This document shows, piece after piece, positions 1-8,412 of a stretch of 64,000 bases of DNA. The stretch comes from Acidimicrobiales bacterium (GTDB lineage: Bacteria > Actinomycetota > Acidimicrobiia > Acidimicrobiales > SZUA-35): positions 38,166-102,165 of the forward strand of contig CBDCGP010000022.1 of the NCBI GenBank assembly GCA_965216655.1. The letters are read 5' to 3'. Made by a program: the position numbers and the translations under genes. Below the pieces are notes generated by a model. It was not told the DNA's origin, searched no databases, and saw only the letters and a program-made list of their open reading frames with translations. How positions within the stretch are numbered: position 1 is the first letter of the stretch; the number at the start of each line of letters is the position of its first letter.

Positions 1-154
1 TGGCCAGCACAAGCTGAGACACGGGCCGGGCCACGTTTCGTACCGCCTCGGGTCGGCTCGGCGAACCGACGACCGCGTGGACGATGCGAGCCGCGACGAT
101 GCCGACCACGACCCCGACGGCCACTGCGATAACGGCAAGAATCCAGCTGTTCAT
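1..154 (-). CDS. Membrane protein, N-terminal fragment (gene runs off left edge of window)
   Basis: ATG at 154-152 is preceded on the minus strand by the purine-rich GGAAGTGGAGAG. Translation MNSWILAVIAVAVGVVVGIVAARIVHAVVGSPSRPEAVRNVARPVSQLVLA.. opens with a clear TM helix. It is absent from the ORF track because there is no stop inside the window. It lies just downstream of the sigma/anti-sigma pair. Confidence 0.4.
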   Translation of the reverse strand, partial: MNSWILAVIAVAVGVVVGIVAARIVHAVVGSPSRPEAVRNVARPVSQLVLA

Positions 155-175
155 CTCTCCACTTCCTTCCGTGTG

Positions 176-541
176 TCAGTCATGGTCGTCGGTTTCCTCG
201 AGAATCAGCATCCGGGAGGTCTCGACGCCGGCCGCGAACAGATCGGACAGCACTCCGAACATAACCCGCGAGTCGAGCCGTTGTGTCACTCTCGCCTCGA
301 GGCGCGTCGACAGGTCGACCGGAGGGGCGAGAGCGGCCGAGAGCGCCCCGGCCAGTGCATCGGACCGCTCCGGCTCGGCACCGTCAGCATCCTCGGAGTC
401 GAGGTCGGCGTCGAGTCCTTCCAATGTCGTGGCGCACCGCCTGCAGATCGCAATATGGGCGTCGAGTTTCGCGTCTCCGTCCTCGCCGTGCAACCAGGCG
501 CGGAGCGTCTCGCGGGAGGGATGGAACAACAGCGGCCTCAT
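176..541 (-). CDS. Anti-sigma factor, zinc-finger (ZAS, HxxxCxxC) type, apparently soluble
   Basis: 121-aa ORF with the motif H-IAI-C-RR-C (HIAICRRC). Its ATG overlaps the stop of the upstream ECF sigma gene as ATGA (538-541), the typical sigma/anti-sigma coupling. Confidence 0.6.
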   Translation of the reverse strand: MRPLLFHPSRETLRAWLHGEDGDAKLDAHIAICRRCATTLEGLDADLDSEDADGAEPERSDALAGALSAALAPPVDLSTRLEARVTQRLDSRVMFGVLSDLFAAGVETSRMLILEETDDHD

Positions 542-1329
542 GCCCAGTCCCTCAAGACGTTGCCGAGGCGCCGTCGAGCCCGCAGGAGTCTGGTTTTCAC
601 CGTCGGCATGGGCACACCCAGGACCTCGGAGATCTCCTCGTAGGACAGACCCTCGAGTTCGCGGAGCACCACGATCGACCGGGAGAGTTCGTCGAGCGTG
701 TCCAGCGCATCCACGAATTCGTCCATGACCGCATGACCCTGAACACGGGACTCGACCGAACGGTCCACCCTCGTTTGCCGTTCCGGAAGATCGTGCGGGT
801 CGAGAACGACGGCCCGTCGTCGGCGCAAGGTCGAGACGGCCGTGTTGTGGGTGATGCGAAGCAGCCAGCTGCGGATCGACGCATCACCCCTGAACGTGGG
901 GAGCGCCAGCCAGGCCTTCACAAGAGCCTCCTGAGCCACATCTTCGGCCAGGGCCCGGTCGCGCACGACCGACAACGCCAGACGGTAGATCGCGTCGCCG
1001 TGTTCCACGACCAGTTGGTGGAGGTCGTCTGGATCGATCTCCAACGCAGCGCCCCCACCGGATGCCGAGGGTTGCCCCGATCGGGAGCTCCTCAGATCGG
1101 CATCGGCCACGATCCCGACGTCGGCGGACGCCTTCACCGAGCCGGCGGACTCCCGGTCGACGCCGGCCGACATCATCAGGATGTGATGCACGGGCAACAA
1201 CGGACGGCGGAGCCGAAACGGAATCCGCCGATCGGCGCGACCCGACCACGAATCCTGCATGTGCCCTCGCAACAGCTCCACCAGGGGAGCCGGCCGGGCC
1301 AGCGCTGCCTGCTGTGACGTCACTGCCAT
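538..1329 (-). CDS. ECF (group 4) RNA polymerase sigma-70 family factor; true start uncertain (possibly internal, e.g. 1176)
   Basis: Region 2 is recognisable as AEDVAQEALVKAWLALPTFRGDASIRSWLLRITHNTAVSTLRRRR. Region 4 is SIVVLRELEGLSYEEISEVLGVPMPTVKTRLLRARRRL. The first ~90 aa of the ORF have no sigma similarity. Confidence 0.85.
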   Translation of the reverse strand: MAVTSQQAALARPAPLVELLRGHMQDSWSGRADRRIPFRLRRPLLPVHHILMMSAGVDRESAGSVKASADVGIVADADLRSSRSGQPSASGGGAALEIDPDDLHQLVVEHGDAIYRLALSVVRDRALAEDVAQEALVKAWLALPTFRGDASIRSWLLRITHNTAVSTLRRRRAVVLDPHDLPERQTRVDRSVESRVQGHAVMDEFVDALDTLDELSRSIVVLRELEGLSYEEISEVLGVPMPTVKTRLLRARRRLGNVLRDWA

Positions 1330-1477
1330 GCACCTTCCGACGCCTCAAACACTACGGTGTCGCGAACAAAATCCCGCATACGAAGTGGCCAAACAGGATT
1401 TTTTGGAAATCTTCGCGACCTTTCCGACCGCCGTCCGTCTATCTCCGTGCTCAACAACAAACGAAAGAGAGCTTCAC

Positions 1478-2191
1478 ATGGACGTTGTCGACTCCTTGCA
1501 AACGGGGGTAACCAGCTTCTTCGATCAGCTTTTCGGGTTCCTGCCCGCTCTGATCGGGTTCCTGGCCATCCTCCTCATTGGCTGGTGGGTTGCTCGTTTC
1601 CTTACCGGACTGGTCACCCGCCTGTTCCGGGCCATCAATCTTGACCATTACCTCGACCGTGCCGGTATCGGCGGTCCGCTCGAGCGGGCCGGCTACGCCG
1701 ACAGCGGCCGGTTCGTGGCAAAGCTGGTGTACTACCTGCTCATGTTGCTCGTGCTCAAGCTCGCCTTCGGTGCGCTCGACATCGACGCTTTGAACGAGCC
1801 GTTCGACCAGCTGATCGCGTGGATTCCCAAGGCCATCGTCGCTCTGGCTCTGATCGTCATCGGCGGCATCGTCGCCAACATCGTGCGAGACCTCGTGCGC
1901 AGTGTGACGACCGGTCAGACCTACGGCAACCTGGCGACCAACGCGGCGACCATCGGTGTCTGGATCATCTTCGGTCTTGCCGCTCTCGATCAGGCCGGCA
2001 TCGCCGCCGACGTGATCGACACGCTGACGACGACCGTGTTCGCATCACTCGGCGCCATCCTCATCATCAAGTTCGGTGTCGGTGGCATCTGGGCCGCTCG
2101 CGACCGCTTCTGGCCGGCCGTCTACGACAGCGTCGCCGCACAACGCGACACGTCGCCCCCGGCCCCCGAACACCAGGCGCCACCGGCATGA
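1478..2191 (+). CDS. Integral membrane protein with repeated conserved TM-helix segments (MscS-N-terminal-like); function unknown
   Basis: In-frame ATG at 1478 within ORF 1259..2191, preceded by an A-rich/GAGAG region. Several hydrophobic helices are visible (LPALIGFLAILLIGWWVARFL, LVYYLLMLLVLKLAF, IVALALIVIGGIVANIV, IGVWIIFGLAAL, LGAILIIKFGVGGIW). The upstream part of the ORF looks non-coding. Confidence 0.6.
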   Translation: MDVVDSLQTGVTSFFDQLFGFLPALIGFLAILLIGWWVARFLTGLVTRLFRAINLDHYLDRAGIGGPLERAGYADSGRFVAKLVYYLLMLLVLKLAFGALDIDALNEPFDQLIAWIPKAIVALALIVIGGIVANIVRDLVRSVTTGQTYGNLATNAATIGVWIIFGLAALDQAGIAADVIDTLTTTVFASLGAILIIKFGVGGIWAARDRFWPAVYDSVAAQRDTSPPAPEHQAPPA

Positions 2192-2279
2192 CCTGGTAAC
2201 CTCTGAGCCGAGGTCTGTTGGGCGAACTCGGCTTCGGGCGACAAGTCTCCTGGATGGGGCCCTCAGCCATCCAGGAACC

Positions 2280-2325
2280 GGGGCGGGCCCGCAATGGGCG
2301 ATTCGGTGCCCGCCCCTCTTTCTTC
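2280..2325 (+). terminator. Intrinsic terminator-like hairpin with T-rich tail after the membrane protein gene
   Basis: GGGGCGGGC (2280-2288) pairs with GCCCGCCCC (2308-2316) and is followed by TCTTTCTTC. A second 9-bp hairpin, CCTGGATGG/CCATCCAGG, lies at 2249-2275. Confidence 0.5.
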
Positions 2326-2398
2326 CGAAGGTGGTTGTCGACAGTGACGTCGACGCCACCTTCGGCCGGTTTTCGGGCCGCCCGGCGGTCGCAGCCGC

Positions 2399-3367
2399 TC
2401 AGGTCAGCGCACGCAGGGCATCGACCGCCTCGTCGACATCGAACACGTTGTCGATGCGTTCGACGAGGACCCCGTCGGACCCGACGAGAAAGAGGGCGGG
2501 CTCGAAGGTGAGCCGGGTGGCCAGCACTGCCGGGGCCAGGCGGATCGCCGGATCGGCGAAGTTGCCGTCGACCTCGTCGGGGTTGGCGTAGACCTCTGCA
2601 TGGACGATGTCGACATCGTCGACCACTGCGGCCGCCTCGATCATCGTCTCCACCACGGGCCCGCAATAGGCCGTCGAGCAGAACGCCGGAGTGGCCACCA
2701 GCAGGGCGCTGGGCCGGCCGTTGGCCATCACGGAATCGAAGCTCCGCTCATGGAAGGGGCAGGGGTCGGGTCGGGTGCAGAGGCGATCGACGCCGGTCGG
2801 ATCATCGAAGGTAGGCGTGGCGATCGCCGGCATCTCGGTGCCCGGCAGGGGGATGGTGATGTCGGCCGGATCGAAGGCCTGAACGGGGAGTGACGTCGAC
2901 GGCGGGTTGGAGAACCCGGAGCCGATCACGGTGATCACCAGATCGTAGATACCGGGATCGGGCATGGTGAATCGGGCCGGATAGTAGCGGAACAGGTCGC
3001 TGTGAACGTGGTCTTCGGCTTCACCGACATGATCGTGGGTCACGACGTGGCCGGCGACCTCGATCCGGTCGAGAACCTCACCGTCGGCGGTGAGTTCGAC
3101 GGACACCAGCGCATCGTCGGTTTCCGGCAACGCCACGCCGCCCTCGCCCCCGGGATCGATGAGGGCGAACGGGATACGTTGGGGACGGCCCGCGGCCAGA
3201 ACCCGATCGGGATTGAACAGCGCGGCCACGTCGGGGGCCCGCAGTTGCTCGCCGCACCCGCCGAGCAGCGCCGCTCCCAGCCCGCCGCCGACGGTGACCG
3301 CCGCGGCGGTCGTGGCCGATCGTGACAGAAACCGGCGCCTGGTCATGGGACTCATGGTTCTGGCCAC
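2399..3367 (-). CDS. Tat-signal lipoprotein with C-terminal thioredoxin-fold (SCO/TlpA-like) domain
   Basis: The N-terminus MTRRRFLSRSATTAAAVTVGGGLGAALLGGCG has a twin-arginine motif and a lipobox Cys. The C-terminal part has LLVATPAFCSTAYCGPVVE (Cys pair) and a redoxin-like tail. Confidence 0.6.
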   Translation of the reverse strand: MARTMSPMTRRRFLSRSATTAAAVTVGGGLGAALLGGCGEQLRAPDVAALFNPDRVLAAGRPQRIPFALIDPGGEGGVALPETDDALVSVELTADGEVLDRIEVAGHVVTHDHVGEAEDHVHSDLFRYYPARFTMPDPGIYDLVITVIGSGFSNPPSTSLPVQAFDPADITIPLPGTEMPAIATPTFDDPTGVDRLCTRPDPCPFHERSFDSVMANGRPSALLVATPAFCSTAYCGPVVETMIEAAAVVDDVDIVHAEVYANPDEVDGNFADPAIRLAPAVLATRLTFEPALFLVGSDGVLVERIDNVFDVDEAVDALRALT

Positions 3368-3417
3368 GCTACAGCCTCGGCGGCTCGACGGGTCGTCGCG
3401 GCGCCTATCCTCGTGAC

Positions 3418-5043
3418 GTGACCGACAGCGGATTGACCCTCACGGTGAACGGACAGGACGTGACCGTCGACGAGGGCGTCCTGGTGGCCGGATCGTCCAG
3501 CCGGGGTCCGTCGTTGCTCGACGTCCTGCGCTCACAGCTCGGCCTGATCTCGGTCAAGGACGGCTGCAGCCCGCAGGGACAGTGCGGTTGCTGCACCGTG
3601 CTGGTCGACGGCAGCCCCCGGGTGGCGTGCGTGACCCCGGCACGGCGGGTTCGGGGCCGCCGGATCACCACGCTGGAGGGTTTGGCCGAGGGTCGGCGCT
3701 GGGCCGAGGCGTTCTGTGCCACCGGGGCCAGCCAGTGCGGATTCTGCACCCCGGGCATCATCATGCGTCTGGCCGGCACCGAGTCCGCCGGCACCGAATC
3801 GGCCGATAGGGCCGCGGTGGACCAGGCGCTGCTCGCCCACCTGTGTCGATGCACCGGTTGGCAGACGATCGGTGAGGCGTGGGAGCTCTGTCATCGTGGA
3901 TCCCCGCCGCCCGCCGGCCGGGATCTGGAGGCGGCCGCCAAGCGGGCCGGCCTCGAGGGCGGCACGGCTCAGCTCGTGTCGCCGGACGTGGCGCTGGGCC
4001 GCGGTGGTTTCGCGGTCGACACCGCACCGGCCGACGCCCTCGTCGCCGTGGGCGCCGACGACGGTGGATGGACCGTGGCCGAGTCGCTCGAGGCGGCCCG
4101 GGCGGCTGCCGGCAAGGTCCAGGGTCGTCGCACCACGGCCGCCCACCGCTGGCCGCTCGAGCTGCCCGCCGGCGAGTGGGATGTGTCCCTGCGCACCACG
4201 TGGGTCGACCCGGCCTACCTGGAGACCGACGCCTCATGGTGCGTCCCCGGCGGCACGCCGTACACCACGGTGGCCAACGGCGGCGCGTTCGGGGCCAAGC
4301 GCGCGCACACCGTTGCTGGTTCCGAACTCGACGTGGCGGCGGTCGCCCGGCAACTGGCCGACGAGCACGATCACCCGGTCCTCGTCGTGGCCAGCCGCGA
4401 GGATGTGGCCCGGTACGGCGTCAAACGTCCGCCGCTGGCGGCTGGGATGAACCTCGACGGCCGGACCGCTTTCCGAGTGGCCGCCACCCCCGGTATCGAC
4501 GCCGCCATCGAAAACGGTCTGCGAATCGCCGGGTGGGAGGGCGATGTGGTCATCGACCAGGTGGCGGTGCCGGGGCCGCGGACCTCGGTCGGGGTGCGGG
4601 CGGCCGGCTGGGCCGAGGCCTGTATCCTGGTGGCAGGCATGAGGGGCGAGGTCGGTGTCGTGCGTTCACCGTCGGGGGCCGAGGCGGAGGCCGAGGTCGA
4701 CTTCGACGGTGACGAACCCGTCATCCGGGTCGCGGTCCGCTGTGGCGCCGTCCTCGACGACGTGGTGCTGCGGTCGTATTGCATCGGCGCCGCCCACATG
4801 GCGTGGTCGTGGCTGACGAGTGAGGCGCTGGCGGTCGACGAGGCCGGTGTCGTCCACGATCTCACGGTCCGCAGCTTCGGTGTGGTGCGAGCCGTCGACA
4901 CGCCACGGATCGAGGTCGAGATGGTCCAATCCGATGCCGAGCCGGTCAACGGCTCCGACGCCGTGTTCGTGGCGGTGGCCGCGGCCGGATGGCTGGCCCG
5001 TGGCCGTCCGTCCGACTGGCCCATCGGCTCCCGAAACCCGTGA
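3418..5043 (+). CDS. [2Fe-2S]-binding xanthine dehydrogenase/aldehyde oxidase family protein (CoxS-like N-terminus fused to a divergent larger domain)
   Basis: Two cluster motifs are present: CSPQGQCGCCTVLVDG and CGFCTPGIIM...HLCRCTGWQTI. GTG at 3418 was chosen because the upstream ORF part overlaps the divergent gene and looks non-coding. The start is uncertain. Confidence 0.7.
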   Translation: MTDSGLTLTVNGQDVTVDEGVLVAGSSSRGPSLLDVLRSQLGLISVKDGCSPQGQCGCCTVLVDGSPRVACVTPARRVRGRRITTLEGLAEGRRWAEAFCATGASQCGFCTPGIIMRLAGTESAGTESADRAAVDQALLAHLCRCTGWQTIGEAWELCHRGSPPPAGRDLEAAAKRAGLEGGTAQLVSPDVALGRGGFAVDTAPADALVAVGADDGGWTVAESLEAARAAAGKVQGRRTTAAHRWPLELPAGEWDVSLRTTWVDPAYLETDASWCVPGGTPYTTVANGGAFGAKRAHTVAGSELDVAAVARQLADEHDHPVLVVASREDVARYGVKRPPLAAGMNLDGRTAFRVAATPGIDAAIENGLRIAGWEGDVVIDQVAVPGPRTSVGVRAAGWAEACILVAGMRGEVGVVRSPSGAEAEAEVDFDGDEPVIRVAVRCGAVLDDVVLRSYCIGAAHMAWSWLTSEALAVDEAGVVHDLTVRSFGVVRAVDTPRIEVEMVQSDAEPVNGSDAVFVAVAAAGWLARGRPSDWPIGSRNP

Positions 5044-5045
5044 GG

Positions 5046-5089
5046 TTTTGCTTGTCTACGACCCGTTACCGGGTCGTAGACAAGCAAAA
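5046..5089. terminator. Perfect 19-bp-stem palindrome flanked by T/A runs (bidirectional terminator-like)
   Basis: TTTTGCTTGTCTACGACCC-gttacc-GGGTCGTAGACAAGCAAAA lies immediately after the stop at 5043 and 45 nt before ridA. Confidence 0.6.
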
Positions 5090-5133
5090 GCTACGATGCT
5101 TGAGGCTGGAGCCGTTCGACCCGAGGAGTTCCC

Positions 5134-5484
5134 ATGTCCAAACCCGTAGGTCCCTACACACCCATCGTGGCCGCTGGAGACTGGCTGATAGCGTCCGGCC
5201 AGGTCGGCATCTCCGACGGAGCGTTGGTCGACGGTGGCATGGGATCCCAGCTTCACCAGGCGCTGGCCAACCTGAAGGGACTGGTCGAAGGCCAGGGGGC
5301 TCGCCTCGACCAGATCGTGAAGACCACGGTGTTCCTCGTCGACATGGACGATTACGCCGAGATGAACGAGATCTACACCTCCTTCTTCGGCGATCACCGT
5401 CCGGCGCGCTCGGCTGTGGCGGTGGCCCAGCTCCCGCTCGGGGCACAGGTCGAGATCGAGGCCTGGATCCACACCGGTCCCTGA
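5134..5484 (+). CDS. ridA: RidA/YjgF/UK114 family reactive-intermediate deaminase
   Basis: 116 aa with the typical family sequence PVGPYTPIVAAGDWLIASGQVG...VKTTVFLVDMDDYAEMNEIY...PARSAVAVAQLPLGAQVEIEA. Confidence 0.9.
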   Translation: MSKPVGPYTPIVAAGDWLIASGQVGISDGALVDGGMGSQLHQALANLKGLVEGQGARLDQIVKTTVFLVDMDDYAEMNEIYTSFFGDHRPARSAVAVAQLPLGAQVEIEAWIHTGP

Positions 5485-5530
5485 TGCCGTCGCCGGGATG
5501 GTGCTGCAATCGGTCGGTCGACGAGGCAGA

Positions 5531-5698
5531 ATGGCAACCATGCTCGGACCGATCATCATCGTGGCAGTTCTCGTGGTTCTCATTCCGGTGGGCTTTCTCA
5601 TGAGCACATCGATTGCGGCCGCGGTCATGGGATTCCTCCTGAAGGACAAGGTGGAGAAGGCCAACCCCGACTCCGAACTGCTTTCGACCAACTACTGA
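5531..5698 (+). CDS. Small two-TM membrane protein (hypothetical)
   Basis: In-frame ATG inside ORF 5498..5698 gives MATMLGPIIIVAVLVVLIPVGFLMSTSIAAAVMGFLLKDKVEKANPDSELLSTNY. Only hydrophobicity and position support it. Confidence 0.35.
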   Translation: MATMLGPIIIVAVLVVLIPVGFLMSTSIAAAVMGFLLKDKVEKANPDSELLSTNY

Positions 5699-5747
5699 GC
5701 GCCCATAACGGGCGCGGCGGGACCATCGAACCACTACTGTTTTCATC

Positions 5748-7013
5748 GTGATAGATCTACGCAGATTGCGAGACGACGCCGACTACCGCGAAGGTGTGCT
5801 GGCCAAGGGCGTCGGGGCCGACGTCATCGATCGGGTGCTCAAGCTCGACGAGGCCCACCGGGCCGCCCGAACCGAGACCGAGGCGCTGCGAGCGGAGTCG
5901 AACGCGGCGTCGAAGGACATCGGACGCGCCGCACCCGACGAGCGCGACGCGAAGATCGCCGCGGCCGGTGAGCTGAAGAACCGGTTGACGGCGGCCGAGG
6001 ACGCCCTCGCCCCGGTCGAGGCCGAGCTCAACGAGGTGGCGCTCACCATTCCCAACCCGGCCCACGAGTCGGTGCCCGTTGGTGACGAGGATGAGTTCCG
6101 CACCGAGAAGGTGGTCGGCGACACGCCGCCGGCCCCGCGCTACGCGCACGGTGAGCTCGGTGAGCACCTCGGCATCGTCGACACCGAACGGGCGGTGCGC
6201 ATGTCGGGCAGCCGCTTCGCCTACATCCTGGGCGACGCCGTCCGCCTTCAGTTCGCCCTCGTCCAGTACGCCATGGACAAGATCTCGGCCCACGGGTTCG
6301 TCCCGGTCGTCACCCCGGTCCTGGTCCGGGAAGAGATGATGGAGCTGGCCGGTTTCTTCCCCACCGACCGGAACCAGGTCTACGCCCTCGAGGCCGACGA
6401 GCTGTATCTGATCGGAACGTCGGAGGTGGCCTTGGCCGGCATGCACCGCCAGGAGCGAATCGACGAGGCCGACCTGCCGATCCGCTATGCCGGCTACTCG
6501 AGCTGCTTCCGGCGCGAAGCGGGCACCTACGGGAAGGACACGTCGGGCCTGTTCCGGGTGCACCAGTTCGACAAGGTGGAGATGTTCAGCTACGCCCACC
6601 CCGACCGGTCGTGGGACGAGCTGGAGCTGTTGCGCGAACTCCAGGAGGAGATCGTCGGCGGGCTCGGCCTGCCGTACCGGGTGATTACCGTCGCCTCCCG
6701 TGACCTTGGTGCGGCGGCGGCCAAGAAGTACGACCTCGAGGTCTGGCTGCCGTCGGAGCAGCGGTATCGCGAGGTCACGTCGTGCTCGAACTACACCGAG
6801 TTCTCGGCCCGGCGGATGAACACCAGGATGAAAACCGAAGACAAGTCGAGTGGCGGCAACGTTCTCGTTCACACCTTGAACGGGACCGCGTGCGCGATCG
6901 GCCGAACGCTGCTGTACATTTTCGAGAATCATCAGCAGCCGGACGGCACCGTGGCCGTTCCCGAGGTTCTGCGACCCTATTGTGGCGGCCTGGAGGCCAT
7001 CGGTCCGCCGTAG
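5748..7013 (+). CDS. serS: Serine--tRNA ligase
   Basis: 421 aa with an N-terminal coiled-coil arm (MIDLRRLRDD...) and class II core motifs (RFAYILGDAVRLQFALVQYAMD, YAGYSSCFRREAGTYGKDTSGLFRVHQFDKVEMF, TLNGTACAIGRTLLYIFENHQ). Confidence 0.95.
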   Translation: MIDLRRLRDDADYREGVLAKGVGADVIDRVLKLDEAHRAARTETEALRAESNAASKDIGRAAPDERDAKIAAAGELKNRLTAAEDALAPVEAELNEVALTIPNPAHESVPVGDEDEFRTEKVVGDTPPAPRYAHGELGEHLGIVDTERAVRMSGSRFAYILGDAVRLQFALVQYAMDKISAHGFVPVVTPVLVREEMMELAGFFPTDRNQVYALEADELYLIGTSEVALAGMHRQERIDEADLPIRYAGYSSCFRREAGTYGKDTSGLFRVHQFDKVEMFSYAHPDRSWDELELLRELQEEIVGGLGLPYRVITVASRDLGAAAAKKYDLEVWLPSEQRYREVTSCSNYTEFSARRMNTRMKTEDKSSGGNVLVHTLNGTACAIGRTLLYIFENHQQPDGTVAVPEVLRPYCGGLEAIGPP

Positions 7014-7080
7014 GTCGCCGAACCAGAGTCGGAGCGGTCGAACCGTCAAACCGACCCGGCAACAACCGACAGGAAACCAC

Positions 7081-8349
7081 ATGACGCCACGAGGGCAACG
7101 GAGCCTTCACGAAGCGGCCGTGGCTCAGTTTCAGCGAGCCGCCGACCTGATCGATCTCGAACCCCGTTATCGGGGGATCCTCTCCTATCCGAAGAACGAG
7201 ATCATCGTCAACTTCCCGGTGACCCTCGACGACGGGTCGATGAGGATGTTCACCGGCTACCGGATCCAGCACAACAACATCCTCGGCCCGTACAAGGGCG
7301 GTCTGCGGTTCCACCCCGATGTCGACCTCGACGAGGTCCGGGCGCTGGCCGCGTGGATGACGTTCAAGACGGCCCTGGCCGGGATTCCGTTCGGTGGCGC
7401 AAAGGGCGGGCTCACGATCAACCCCGGCGACTACTCGACCGACGAGATGCGCCGCATCGTTCGCCGGTTCACCCACGCCCTCGGTTCGAATATCGGGCCC
7501 GACCATGACATCCCGGCCCCCGACATGGGCACGTCGGCCGAGACGATGGACTGGGTGATGGACACCTACGCCAACATCTCCCCACCGGGATTCCGCCAGA
7601 GTGTGAAGGGTGTGGTGACGGGCAAGTCGATTGCCTGCGGTGGGTCGATCGGCCGGGAGGCCGCCACCGGGCGCGGCGTGCTCTACAGCCTTCGCCATTG
7701 GTGTGGTGAGCACGACGCCCGTCTCGACGAACTCTCGGTCAGCGTCCAGGGTTTCGGCAACGTCGGCAGCCATTTCGCCGACCTGGCGTCTCAGGCCGGA
7801 TGTCGGGTGAGGGCGATCGCCGACCACACCGGCACGATCGTGAACGCCGACGGCATCGACGTGGCCAAGCTTCGCCGCTACGTGGACGAGACCGGCGGTG
7901 TCGCCGGGTTCGATCTGGCCGAGGAGGCCGAGACCGAGGATCTGTTCCGGGTCGAGACCGATGTGTTCGTCCCCGCGGCGCTGGAGAATCAGCTCACGTT
8001 GGACCGGGCCAAGAACCTGTCGGCCCGGGTCGTCGTCGAGGCGGCCAACGGGCCGACCACCAAGGAGGCCGATGACTACCTCTTCGCCCAGGGGGTCGAC
8101 GTCGTACCCGACATCCTGGCCAACTCGGGCGGCGTGATCGTCTCGTACTTCGAATGGCTGCAGAACAAGTCGGCCCGGGCCTGGTCGTTCGACGACGTTG
8201 ACGGCCGCCTGCGTGATCTGATGTGGCAGGCCCACGACCGGGTGGTGCACGCCATGCGGGCGCACGAGTGCACCCGCCGCGACGCGGCCTACATCGTTGC
8301 CCTCGACCGGATCATCGATGTCTACGACCGCCGCGGCATCTTCCCATAG
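7081..8349 (+). CDS. gdhA: Glutamate dehydrogenase (Glu/Leu/Phe/Val dehydrogenase family)
   Basis: In-frame ATG at 7081. Motifs YRIQHNNILGPYKGGLRFHPDVDLDEVRALAAWMTFKTALAGIPFGGAKGG and the dinucleotide fold VSVQGFGNVGSH are present. Confidence 0.9.
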   Translation: MTPRGQRSLHEAAVAQFQRAADLIDLEPRYRGILSYPKNEIIVNFPVTLDDGSMRMFTGYRIQHNNILGPYKGGLRFHPDVDLDEVRALAAWMTFKTALAGIPFGGAKGGLTINPGDYSTDEMRRIVRRFTHALGSNIGPDHDIPAPDMGTSAETMDWVMDTYANISPPGFRQSVKGVVTGKSIACGGSIGREAATGRGVLYSLRHWCGEHDARLDELSVSVQGFGNVGSHFADLASQAGCRVRAIADHTGTIVNADGIDVAKLRRYVDETGGVAGFDLAEEAETEDLFRVETDVFVPAALENQLTLDRAKNLSARVVVEAANGPTTKEADDYLFAQGVDVVPDILANSGGVIVSYFEWLQNKSARAWSFDDVDGRLRDLMWQAHDRVVHAMRAHECTRRDAAYIVALDRIIDVYDRRGIFP

Positions 8350-8359
8350 CCTGAACTTT

Positions 8360-8397
8360 GGGCCTCCGCCGACCCGAAAAAGGGTCGTGGGAGGCCC
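8360..8397. terminator. Hairpin between convergent gdhA and LuxR-family genes
   Basis: GGGCCTCCgcCGACCC-gaaaaa-GGGTCGtgGGAGGCCC. It has two helical segments around a small internal loop and sits between the stops at 8349 and 8413. Confidence 0.45.
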
Positions 8398-8412
8398 GAG
8401 GTTGCAATCGAG

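Noticed and set aside
5757-8265. Long minus-strand ORFs (5757..7082, 441 aa; 6775..8265, 496 aa) opposite serS and gdhA
   Set aside because: They are antisense to two unmistakable housekeeping genes. Their translations are Arg/Gly/Pro/Val-rich with no motifs, the typical high-GC shadow ORF.
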